A stretch of DNA of 64,000 nucleotides from Vitrella brassicaformis CCMP3155 (Eukaryota > Protista > Chromerida): positions 241,488 through 305,487 of the forward strand of contig CDMY01000666.1 in NCBI GenBank assembly GCA_001179505.1, read 5' to 3'. A model generated the notes under the pieces. The model made no database searches. It saw only the letters and a list, made by a program, of their open reading frames with translations, and was not told the DNA's origin. Below, piece by piece: positions 12,816-23,093 of the stretch. Position 1 is the first letter of the stretch. Every line of letters begins with the position of its first letter. A program made the translations under genes and the position numbers.

Positions 12816-13238
12816 GTGCTTCATCAAAGATCGCTGCCACCCCCTTTGGCGTACTACCGGCCGCCCAAGCCCGCCGGTCAGGCCATCGTGTCCCCGGACC
12901 GATCGAAGACCCGCCCCACCGCCGACATCCGCGAAATCATGGAGGCCCGTCGGGAGTGTTCGAGGTTGGGCTGGCGCCCTGTCAAGCCGCTGCCGCAGCC
13001 AAAGAAGAAGCCCCCCCAGCCGCCCGCACTGTGGCCGACCGGCCTGGTGCCCCGCCGCCTGTGGGTCTACAAGACGCCAGAGCGGCGCCGGGCGGGCACC
13101 ACCATCCGCCCAACAGCAGCACCGGCACCGGCAGTGGCGCAGCAGCAGGCGCCACGTGTCGTGGTCTTGCCCACCGCCACTGGACGGGCGGACGACTACA
13201 GGAGGGGATGCGCCAACAAGAGGCGCCGTATCGCGTGA
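12816..13238 (+). CDS. Basic Pro/Arg-rich ORF (140 aa), possibly a captured exon
   Basis: Intron-free, coding-like GC-rich stretch directly after motif copy 12782. No family recognised. Confidence 0.35.
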   Translation: MLHQRSLPPPLAYYRPPKPAGQAIVSPDRSKTRPTADIREIMEARRECSRLGWRPVKPLPQPKKKPPQPPALWPTGLVPRRLWVYKTPERRRAGTTIRPTAAPAPAVAQQQAPRVVVLPTATGRADDYRRGCANKRRRIA

Positions 13239-14458
13239 CGAAGGGATGTAGGTCAATGATGGGGGCACTGCAACTGCTGTGCGGCAGGGATTCCGAGACC
13301 TGCCAACACCAGCAACACTCCGACCCTCCTGCGGTTTTTGGGTGTGGGTGCATGTCTGTCTGTCTGCCTGGCTGGCTGGCTGGCTGCTGTGTTTTTTTTT
13401 TCTCAACAACATCAGTACGTGATGGATGGATGGATGGATGTCAGATGGGTGGAGAGGGCAACAAGGGGGGGCTGTGTGATGTGCGTGCCGTGGATGTTCT
13501 TTTTCTCCTGTGTGCCTGTCTGTCTGCCCGTACCCGTACCCGTACCCATACCCATACCCGTACCCGTTGTGCGTTTTTTTTTTTGTCGCTTTGTCGTCGT
13601 GTGTCGCGTGGGCGGGCAATTTATGATGGTGTTAGGGGGGAGGGCTATTTCTCGTTGACTAGGCGGCTGTGTCGTGTCCCCCTGTTTGTGATATTTTTGC
13701 CGGTTTGCTGTCTGGCCTTCTTTAGTCGATTTATCAATCACCATGCCCAAATACGTACCCCCCCCCCCACACACAAACACACATACACACATAGATGATT
13801 GTATAGCTTGAGGGAGAGTGTACAGTATCATGGATGTGGTGTCCATGGAGGCAGAGGAGGGCAACGGCGCAAAACTCGTGTGGGAGGAGCAAGATATGAG
13901 ACCCACACGGTGGGGGTCACCTCTTATCTCTTGTCGTGCTCCCATGGATGTCACGTGTGTGTGTCTGCAGCTGGTCGTCGGTTCGTGCCAGGCCATCGAC
14001 TGCAGTGCGTAGGGATGTCGAGACCTGCCTACACCAGCACCACTCTGGCCCCCGACAGTTGTGTTAGTGGTGGTGGTGGAGGCTACCGACTGTTGTGTGT
14101 TAGTGGGGGTGGGGGGAGGGGGGGAGCCAAGTGCGGTGGTGTGGGTGCATGTGTGTCTGTCTGCCGGTGTGGTGGTCTGGGCTGCTGATTGTATGTCTGG
14201 CGTGTGTCTCTGTGTGTGTGTCTGTGTGTGTGTCTTGGAGTACTTAACGTTGTAATGTACATATGTCTGTCTCTACGTAACACGACGTCATCGACGTAAT
14301 TGCTGCCCTCACTGTGTGTCGCCTCCCTGCCTGCCTGGATGGATGGAGGGCTTTCATGTAAGGGAGTACTTAACGGCGTAATGTACATATCTCTGTCTCT
14401 ACGTAACAAGGTGAGTGGAGAAAGGGCGGGAAAAGGGGACCCGTGACATGGCGTGTAT

Positions 14459-14492
<34 letters not shown>

Positions 14493-14824
14493 TGTGTGTG
14501 CAGCGACAGCGGTGCGGCGTGTGCTCACCAGGTGGCTGCTGTGGGTGCTTACGGCAGAGGGAGGAGGGCCCTCCTCGGATGGCTGTCTACATTTTATATC
14601 TGCAAGGCTCTATGGACATCATCCCTCGAACAATGCATCGCCCGGTACGGAGAGCAGCCATGCCATCCATGCACACCCTGCTCATGTGTCTCACGTCCGT
14701 CGTCAGCTAGTGCAACAAGTTCGCCACTCGCGGACCCCAGCAAGCGGCCATCCGGCAGCGCCACGCACAGCGTCGTCGGACATCGGAGGCGAGCGCACCA
14801 CTGCCGAGGGCTTCGTCTCTCACC

Positions 14825-14970
14825 CTGGTGAGGGATTGGGAATGGGCGAGCTCTGATACGCCGCAGACAATGCACCTCACTCACTTTTGTCTGTATGTCT
14901 TCGATCTACAGGTGAGAGTTGGTTGCTTGACGGCGGCCTTCGCATGTAGGCCTTAGTCACTCGGCGAGGG
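14825..14970 (+). repeat. 146-nt near-identical inverted copy of 59364-59509 (intron plus exon start from the DENN locus)
   Basis: ctggtgagggattgggaatgggcgagctctgatacgccgcagacaatgcacctcactcactt...ctacaggtgagagttgg...cactcggcgaggg matches the reverse complement at 59.4 kb with few substitutions. Confidence 0.95.
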
Positions 14971-15112
14971 CCTCGCCCTTCACATGTGGAGATAGCCGGC
15001 TCGCGCAGCTCCACCAGGAGGGAGGCTGGCCATCGGTGCGAGCGTCCCGACCAAGACCCAGCTGCCGTCGACCACCCCTGCCATCCCCCCCAGCCGACTG
15101 GCGGAACCCCTT

Positions 15113-15665
15113 TGAGTACTGTGTGGGCGCTGGTGTGTACGGGAGGGTGTTCAAAGGCATCGTTGACGGTCAGTCAGTCAGTCAGTCAGTGAGAGAGCAT
15201 CCATTCGCAAGAGAGAAAGACTCCCACGTGTGTGTGTGCCGCTTGGTTGTGCAGATGTGGGAGGACGGCTTCGAGCACGAGCTCAAGACACTCTTCACCC
15301 ACAGGTGTTGGCGAAGAGGTCTTCGTGTGCGGTGACGTGCCAGAATTGGGGAGCGTCAATCGCCTCCAGTTGGGCTGCCGCCACCTTCCCACCAACGCGA
15401 AGCAGCTCCAGTGCGTCCATTGGGATGCACAGCGTGGCAGCACATGGGAGTCTGACAGGACCGCCATTGTCAACATCCCCGACAGCAGCAAGCCTGTAGA
15501 GTACAAGTATGTGATTTGCGACACCAGCAGCAAGCCGCCCAAGATCGTGCGCTGGGAGAGGGAGTTCGGAGAGCTCGGCCAGCACCGGGCGATTGTAGTC
15601 AAGTCGGGCCAGATCACCACAAACCATGACAAGTGGGAGGTGGTTCAGTCCATCAGCACCACATG
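15113..15665 (+). pseudogene. Kinase N-lobe relic fused to a 5'-truncated CBM20 starch-binding domain
   Basis: EYCVGAGVYGRVFKGIVD (Gly loop) and MWEDGFEHELKTLFTH (alphaC-like) are followed by GEEVFVCGDVPELG...VEYKYVICD...WE...HDKW, homologous to 54951-55350. The subdomain II (VAVK) exon is missing. Confidence 0.75.
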
Positions 15666-15981
15666 TGAGAGAGAGATGGGTGGCTGGATGGGTGGGTGCA
15701 TCTCTGTCTACATTTCATATCTGCGGCTTGTGTGCACGGAATTCATCGAATGATCGCTGCCTTCATTTTATATCCGTTGGTTGAAGTGTCACTTGTTATG
15801 TCACGGAGAAAGAAAGAGGGAGAGAAACGGATGTGTGCATCCAGACTCTGGACCGACACAAACTGCATCTCAAGCCTGTCTGAAAAAATGCGTGTCTCGC
15901 CATTCACCAATACCGTACGGGAAAAGTACATGCATACTCGACCAGGTGCCAACCCTACAACTCCGTATTTAGCTTCTTTCG

Positions 15982-17563
15982 TCAGCCCACTCGCTGCAAA
16001 GTGTTCTCCCCCTTGTGCACCAAACCAGCCCCGCCCCCCTTCCCCCTCTCGCCCGCCAAAGCCCCCTTGCCCTTGTCAAATGTAGCCACGACGGCAGCTG
16101 CCGTCCCATCCGCCTCATCCTGGCTGCTCTGCAGCCGTCGCTTTCGCCCACACAGAGGCCCCGACTCGTCGAAAAAGAGCGTGTCATTCGAGCGCATGGC
16201 CATCAGCTTGAGGCTGCGGCGTCTCTCTGTGTCGGGCGTCTCGTGGTTGCCGTGGTCGGGCGCCATGTGCTGGTCGGAGGGTGAGTGCTGGACGGGAGGA
16301 GGGGACGGGAGCTTGTGTGCCGCAATGGCGTCCCATGCTGCGTGGATGACTTCCTCCTTCCTGCATGGATGGTAGATGGAAGCGACAGAGAGAACGGAAC
16401 GAATTGAAGTGGAGTGACCTCATAAGTACTGTGTGTCTCACTTTTCAGCCAGGCTGTGGACCAGAGCCTTTTGGAGGCGACCAAAGGTGTTCGTCAGTTG
16501 CCTGTTGCAGCAGCAGCAGCAGAAGACAACATGGCCCACATGCGTCAGAATTCACCCCTTCCGACCCACAAGATAGCCCACTTGATGTCTCCCGAGAGTT
16601 TCTGTTCCATTTCCTCCATCTGTTTCACCATCCCTCGGAAATCCCGCAACGTCAGCATCTCCTTCTCCATTTCAGCTAGGCTGCCCCTCACATACCGCAT
16701 GTTCGCCTCATGCCGCTCCTGACCCTCCACCAGCTCATCCACACGCTGCTGCGTCACACGCAACGCCTCCTGGAGGCTGTCGAGTGCCGGGGCGCGACAC
16801 ACGTCCTGAAGCTCTTGGGTCTTGGTTGACACCTCTGTGGACTCACTGATGATGGGGGCTGTCTGTGACTTGCGATAGACAAGCCCGCCGAGCTCGTCCT
16901 CGAGCGGCTCGCCCCATCTCCATCGCAGGTGCTGCATGACCAAGCAGGCATCCACGTGTGTATGGTGGCATCATCATGATCATGCTCACGCGTGCACTCA
17001 CATCGAATGTGGGCCGACGCAGCCACGAGAAGCGGCGGCGGTACGAGTGGATGCGTTGCAGCACCTCCTCTGTGGTGGGGCCTCCTGCATCGTTGAGGGT
17101 CTCCTCTTCCTGCTCTTCCTTGTTGTGGGTGGTGCTGTTGATGTCATCGGCAGATGGCGAGACACCCGTGGTGCTCACGGTGCTGGTGCTCGTGCGTTTT
17201 TCGAGACGTTGCTGTCGGAGCTCTTTGATCTGCTCATCAATCCTCGCCTGCACCCTCTCTTGCGCCGTGGCATACTGAGAATGCGAGCACAGGGACAGCA
17301 GAACGAGCCACGAGACTCAGTGCGTGACCCAGACCTCCGGAAGCGTCCCTCCGCCCTGTGTTGTCTCGTACCACGTCAAATCCCGACGTGAAGGTGCCGT
17401 TGGGGAGCGCGAGCATCTCTGCGTGCGCCATCTGGGGGTGAGAAGCACAGGCACATGCAAACGGATCACGGGATGAGATAAAAATCAGGGGACCACTGCT
17501 CACCAGAGGAACGTGGGGCTCACTGAGCATGTCACTCATCGACGAACCCGCCATCTCGGCCAT
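15982..17563 (-). CDS. Multi-exon coiled-coil hypothetical protein
   Basis: Consistent splice chain MAEMAGSS...HVPL|MAHAEML...FDV|YATAQERVQARIDEQIKELRQQ...|...EMEKEMLTLRDFRGMVKQMEEMEQK...|QLTNTFGRLQKALVHSLAE|KEEVIHAAWDAI. Confidence 0.7.
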
Positions 17564-17665
17564 TCCGACGACCACTGGCGAGAGGAGCACTGCTCTGACT
17601 CGGAGACTCCACGCCCCCAACGCGCCCCCACGTCTCGAACTTGAAGTTGTTGGAGAAGGATACCA

Positions 17666-20600
17666 ATGGGGTGTGGAGGAACGAAATACGGAGTGGTAGA
17701 GCACGTACACGAGAGGATTGAATCACCAAAATTGAATCCCGTGTGTTCAATTGATGGATGGCATGCAGGAAGTCCCTCCCAGCCAGGTGATCCGCGGCTC
17801 CGGCATTCCCTTCCAGTCGCTCGCGTGGAGGCTCCTTCAGACCTGTGATGGCGGCCCATGGGACGCCACTATCGCCAGCGAGGTCGTGGACCTCATCTGC
17901 GCCTCTCAGCCGCCAGGCATGGACGCCAACGGCCGGCCATTCGAGGCAGCCGAAGTCGAGAGAATGGGCGCTGATGCTCTCGCCTACATGGGGAAGAAGG
18001 TCAGTGGTGGGTATGCATGGAGGGAGATGTTCTTGATGCGACGAATGCCTCGGTTGTTTGTGTCTGCAGATGGGCCCAGCTGATGGGTGTGGCGGAGTGG
18101 TTGACGCTCTCGATGTCATTGTCCATGCGACGCTGGTTTACTTCCGCCGCCGGCTGGAAAAGCAGCCTCACGCGAGCGTAAGGACGCGACAGCGGGCAGC
18201 ACATCACATGTACGTCTCAGCATCGATTGGTGTCTCCCTCCCTCTCTGCTTCAGACCGATTTCATAGATGCGCTGTTTGACAAGAACAGCGGCCTGCTGG
18301 CTCTGCTGTCAGACCGTCTCAAGAGCGAAAGGGGCCTCATCAAACACAAGGTAGCTGGCAGTGAGTCTCATTCGCCGCCTAACATGGGCGGCTGTGTGCC
18401 ATCCGTCGTGTGTTGAAGGGTGTGGAGTTCCTGTGGGGCCTATGTGACTCGTCCCAGCTGCCAAATGACGTCCGCTCGTCGCTGAGGGATCAGCTGTCAG
18501 TGCACGGCTCGCGGCCTGCATCGGCCCTGCCCTTCCAAGAGGATCTCAAACCGTCTGTCTGGTAAGCAAGCGGTCAAAGGGACTTGCCCGCTGACTGCTG
18601 GTGGTAATTCAGGCTGGGGCTTGTCCAGAAGTTGGGTGGCGACTCGTCACTTTATCACCGTGGGATCTATCCACTCACACCCGATGGTTTGTCTGCCAAC
18701 CCACTGTTTACCCAAGCCAACCATGCTGTTGTTCTATGTGTGCGTGTGTCTCAGGTGTGTCGATCGCGTCGTGCCTCCTACGTACGGCCATTGTTGGCGG
18801 CACGTCGGCACTCGACGACAGGGGCCTGCTGCCGCCGCCTCTCATTTCGCCCTCACTCAGACCCTTCCTCACAATGGTCGCACAGCAGAAGGAGGCGCAC
18901 TTCAAGTAAATGTCCTGCCAGCCAAAGCCTGCCAACACAGATCGCCTCATTGTCTGTGGTGTGTGTTGTCAGTGGTGGCCTGCGCGCGGTGATCGACGTG
19001 TGGATGAGCAATTTCGGGGGGCGTATCGTCGCTGCCACGCTCAGCAGGCTGGCGGCGGACGACGCCACGCCCAAGCAACAGCCGGGGGTACGAATGCATC
19101 TAGCGCCACCCACTGTTTTTCATGTGATGCTTATTCCTTTGTTTCCTTTGTGCAGGCACTCCAGTCGCCTTACCGCGAGAATGAGGCCATCAAAGTGGCA
19201 CACCGATTCTTCGATGCCATCATCTCTGTAAGCAAGAAAGGGAAGCACTCACGGGAGAGACACAGGACGCTCGCTTGTTTACAGTCTGTGCAAGAGCTGC
19301 GGCAGCAGGCGACACAGCGAGGCAGCGTAGCCGCTGCCGGGGCAGCGACGGGTGGCGTGGTGTGGAATGCGGGGCTGTCGGGCGGCGGTCTTTGCGCGCT
19401 GGGCCTCATCTGCGAGGCATTGAGAGAAGAGGACGGGAGAAGACTCATCAAGGGGTGAGTGAATGAGTGATTGAGAGTGATCGATCAGCCGATATGGGCG
19501 TCACATTCGTATACGTGTCTGTTGTCGATCGCATGCAGTCAGCAGCCGTTGTTCGGCAACCTGTACGCTGCCAGCCTGCCCGCAGGAATGACGATGCCGA
19601 GGCCCTCAGTCTCATCGTCACGAAGAAAGGTGGGCTGCTTACTTCACTCATGTGCGCTTCTGACCCGTCTGTGTGTGCTTGGCAGAGCAGGAAGGGTCGC
19701 TCATCTTTCGAGGAGGACGAAAGCAATCCCATGCTCTACGACGATGAAGACGAAAGTGACGAGGAAGGTGAGTCGGCACAGCACACGCACAGACACCCTC
19801 GTGGACTGTGTCAACCAATCAGGGTTGGAGAGGTCGTTTGCCACCATGTCGGGCGGCGGTGACCTGATGGTCTACGGCGCCGACACGAAGGACGACGCCG
19901 TCCAAACACTCAGAGAGTATGGCAGATGCGGAAGCTTCCTCCTTCTCGGTCAGTGATTCACAAAACCCAAACTCACACGTGTATCTCCTTGTTTGTACAG
20001 AGCTGTTGACATTCGGTCTGCAAAACCCCAAGAAATTCAGCCTAGAGGTTAACCCACTTCACCCACCCATCCAGACAGACACAACGAGTGACTGAAAACA
20101 CCCTCCCCTCTCCCATTCATTCGTGCATGCAGCTGGCCCGTCGGCCACCGGAGAGTGCTCTGCGCGTGTGGATCAGCCACGCGCTGCCCCTGACGCTGGA
20201 TCTGATCTGTCTGGGGAGGTTTCGGTCGGACAGCGAGTCGCGGCCCACAATGTACCCGGGTGGCGACAAGCTGCGGCAGAGGGAGAAGAAGAACATCAAA
20301 CCCGAGGGGCTCAGAGATAAGGTGAGTGTTGGTGAGAGACAGAGGATAATTCGTGTCTTGTGCGAATGCTTGTTGCCGTCTTTTGCAAACAGCTTGATGC
20401 GCTGCGTTGGCGCTTGACAGAAGTCTGTGACACGCTTGTCGGTGAGTGCCTTCTGAATCACTCTAAGCCTTCTGAATCACTTTTTTCTCTTCACTCGTGG
20501 ATCAGACTGTGCTCACGACAGCGACCTGCAGTCAAATCTGAAGGATCTGCTGACCGCCTCCCCTCACCTGCGGAGGTGCGTATCCACTCAATTCCGTACG

Positions 20601-22760
20601 CCTTCTTGTATTCCCTCCCTCCTACATATGTCTCCCCAGTTCTGACGCCGCCCTTGTGCGTCAAGTTGCCACTCGGTGGAACGTCAAGCTAGAGCCAGTG
20701 CCCCGTCAATCTGTCGCTCCCTCACAGCCGCCGAAGCCCTCTGTGCCAGCGGCGGAGGAGGAGGTGGTCCAAATACCAGAGGAAGAGACCAAGGTGACAC
20801 ATCATCACTCCTTCATGACGATTGATTGAGTCGGAAGTACTCGGATTTCCTGTTGTCGGCTGCTGCAGGAGGAGGAAGATGAGGAGGAAAAGGAGGAAGA
20901 ACCTCCCAAAGAGTATGAAAAGCACGAGAGAAAAAACATGAGACCTCCAGAAATGTATTGTGCTGTGCCGCGGTCGTTGCTTGCAGGGTTCCAAGAGGCG
21001 ATGGCTACCGTCGCGGCGACACGTTCGATAACCCCGCGGCACCGCCAAACATCAGCGACTCATATACTAAGCAGACGGCGTACCACCTGCTGCCCCCCGA
21101 CCATCCCGTCGTGCAGCCACCTCCTGAATCAGCACAACAGCAGGAGGCGACACAGGTTCCGCCGCAAACGAGGGAAAAGGAGACAGGGTCTACGAGAGAC
21201 AAGAAGACGGGAGCAAAGGAAGTAGAGCCAGCCGTTGAGCAGATCGTGACCTTTTCCCCTCTCTCGCCCAACCCCGCCAAGGCGAAGTTGCCTGACATTC
21301 CTGCACACGCGCCAGCAATACCAGAGAAGACACTGGAGGAGCCGATGAGCGACCCAACACCCAGAGTCAACTTTGCCAACACACATTCACCCTCAGCCCA
21401 GCTGCTCGCCCCTCCCGCCCCTGTGGTGACACGCCCAGCCGCAAGAGGAGACGCCACACCAGAGCCGTTGCCCGGCGCAAGGACGATGGCCATGGTAAGC
21501 CGCGTGACCACCGTCAACACGTCCATCAAATCCCCCAACGAATCGATGAGCTCTGGGGAGACGGTTCCAGCGGGAAGGAGAGAGGAGCAGGAACTCACAC
21601 CACCTGAGCAGGTCTTACCCGTCGCAGAGAAGGAGGAGAAGGGCATGTTCCGGAAAATGTGGGACCGGGCGACACAGGGCGTCGCCAGACCCAAGCACAA
21701 GGCGTCGCCCGAGCGAACAACTGGCCAGAATGGTCGGGAGAGGGAAACGGGAGATCTGGTGTTGGTTGAGGCCTTGGGAGAGGGAGAGCAGACACAGAGA
21801 GTGCGCATTCCCGCGTCAGGCGGTGCCGTGTCTCCGAGCGTCCAGATCTCCATCGGTCCCATCAACGGTGTCTCATACGGCCCCGCCACTGCCACAGCAG
21901 CCCCACACACAGCCGCGATCAAGCCCCTCCACGAGACATCACAACGACAGGAGCCCTTCTCTCCCACCTTCTCATCGCCCGATGACACGCCAGCCGTCGG
22001 TCAAGACGAGCACATGGCTACCATGTCGACCCTGAACCAGTCGGCACCAGAATTCCATTCGGTACATCGCCTTGGTGCTGACGTGTATACGCGTACGTAC
22101 GGCCATGGACAGACGTATGGAGGCCAGCCGTCATCGCAAGCGATAGAGCGGCTGACGGCAGAGGTCATGGCGCTGCGAAGCGAGACGGCCGAGCTGAGGG
22201 CGGCGCAGCACATGTTGAACCACCAGCTCAAGACGATGCGTGTCGACTGGGCAGGGGAAAAAATGCAGATGCAGGAGCAAACACAGATGACTGACCAGGT
22301 ATGCGAATGCGGACACATCAACAAGAAGACATTCCACTCGTTGTGTCGCATGCAGGGCACTTTAACCACACAGCAGGCTCTCGCACTCCCCCCTCCACCC
22401 ACATCCACACAGACATACCGCCCCCAACACATAGTGTCTCAGACGGCTCTTCAGCCGTCCCCCCTCATCTACTCCCCATCAACAAGCCCAGCCGTCCTCT
22501 CTGAGATTCCACTCGCCCCTCGCTTCGTTTCTTATGTCCGTCACCACAGAAGGGAGCTTCCCTATAACGTGCGAAGGTACGACTACTACCCGCCGGCACT
22601 GTACTCGGGTTATCGCAGCACGTGGGAGCGACAGCGAGAGGCGACTGAGAGGAAAAGGGAGCTGCAGAAATTGGATGAGGAGGGGGTGAGGCACCAGATG
22701 ACAGACAGGCGGATAAGGGAGGCCAGAGAAGCTGTCGATCGCATACTTATCCGCCAGTAG
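17666..22760 (+). CDS. Large multi-exon protein: MGCGGTK start, helical N-half, long low-complexity/coiled-coil last exon
   Basis: About 17 GT-AG exons join in frame (EVPPSQVIRG..., TDFIDALFDKNSGLL..., LARRPPESALRVWISH..., SDAALVRQVATRWNVK...) into the ~590-aa terminal exon ending at 22760. Confidence 0.7.
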
Positions 22761-23093
22761 AGAGGGACGTCATGTGTTTGGTCGTGTCTGGTGCGTGGCT
22801 AAGATGCGCACCGCCTATGTCTGCATGCATGCATGCACAAGAGAGTATGTACGTCCTTGGCCATCGATAAGACCTGTGTGATAGAGATTGCATGCGAAGG
22901 GTAGCTTTGTTGACCGTCACTCTTGTTTCTCTTGACAATGAGCAGCAGAAGGGATGTAGCGGGAGCGTGGGCTCGGTTTGCTTGAACAGGTGAACCATCT
23001 GCACGGAGAACTATCGAAGCCCACCGACATTCGCGATGAATTCGATCATTCGATCATTTCGTGCGAGCTTACCTTGGAGTGCAGATCTGCCGG

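Larger units (their letters stand above)
9464..15774 (+). repeat. Dispersed family of eight 22-nt motifs, consensus ATCGCTGTCTACATTTTATATC
   Basis: Copies start at 9464, 9623, 9781, 12514 (1-nt deletion), 12782, 14579, 15700 and 15753, with 1-4 differences each. All are on the + strand, and a partial copy starts at 12830. Confidence 0.9.

Noticed and set aside
14238-14409. 45-nt direct repeat (gagtacttaacg...ctacgtaaca); similar 31-nt repeat at 46531-46593
   Set aside because: Two-copy local duplications without associated structure.
9464-15774. 22-nt motif as an IAVYILY peptide, a reverse-strand DIKCRQR kinase loop, or a spliced leader
   Set aside because: Changes are mostly non-synonymous in the IAVYILY frame, the reverse frame gains TGA in two copies, and it does not match the dinoflagellate/Perkinsus spliced-leader sequence.
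21005-21988. 327-aa minus-strand ORF and similar long antisense ORFs (e.g. 59454-60089, 52792-53559)
   Set aside because: These are shadows of GC-rich coding exons on the opposite strand, with no motifs.
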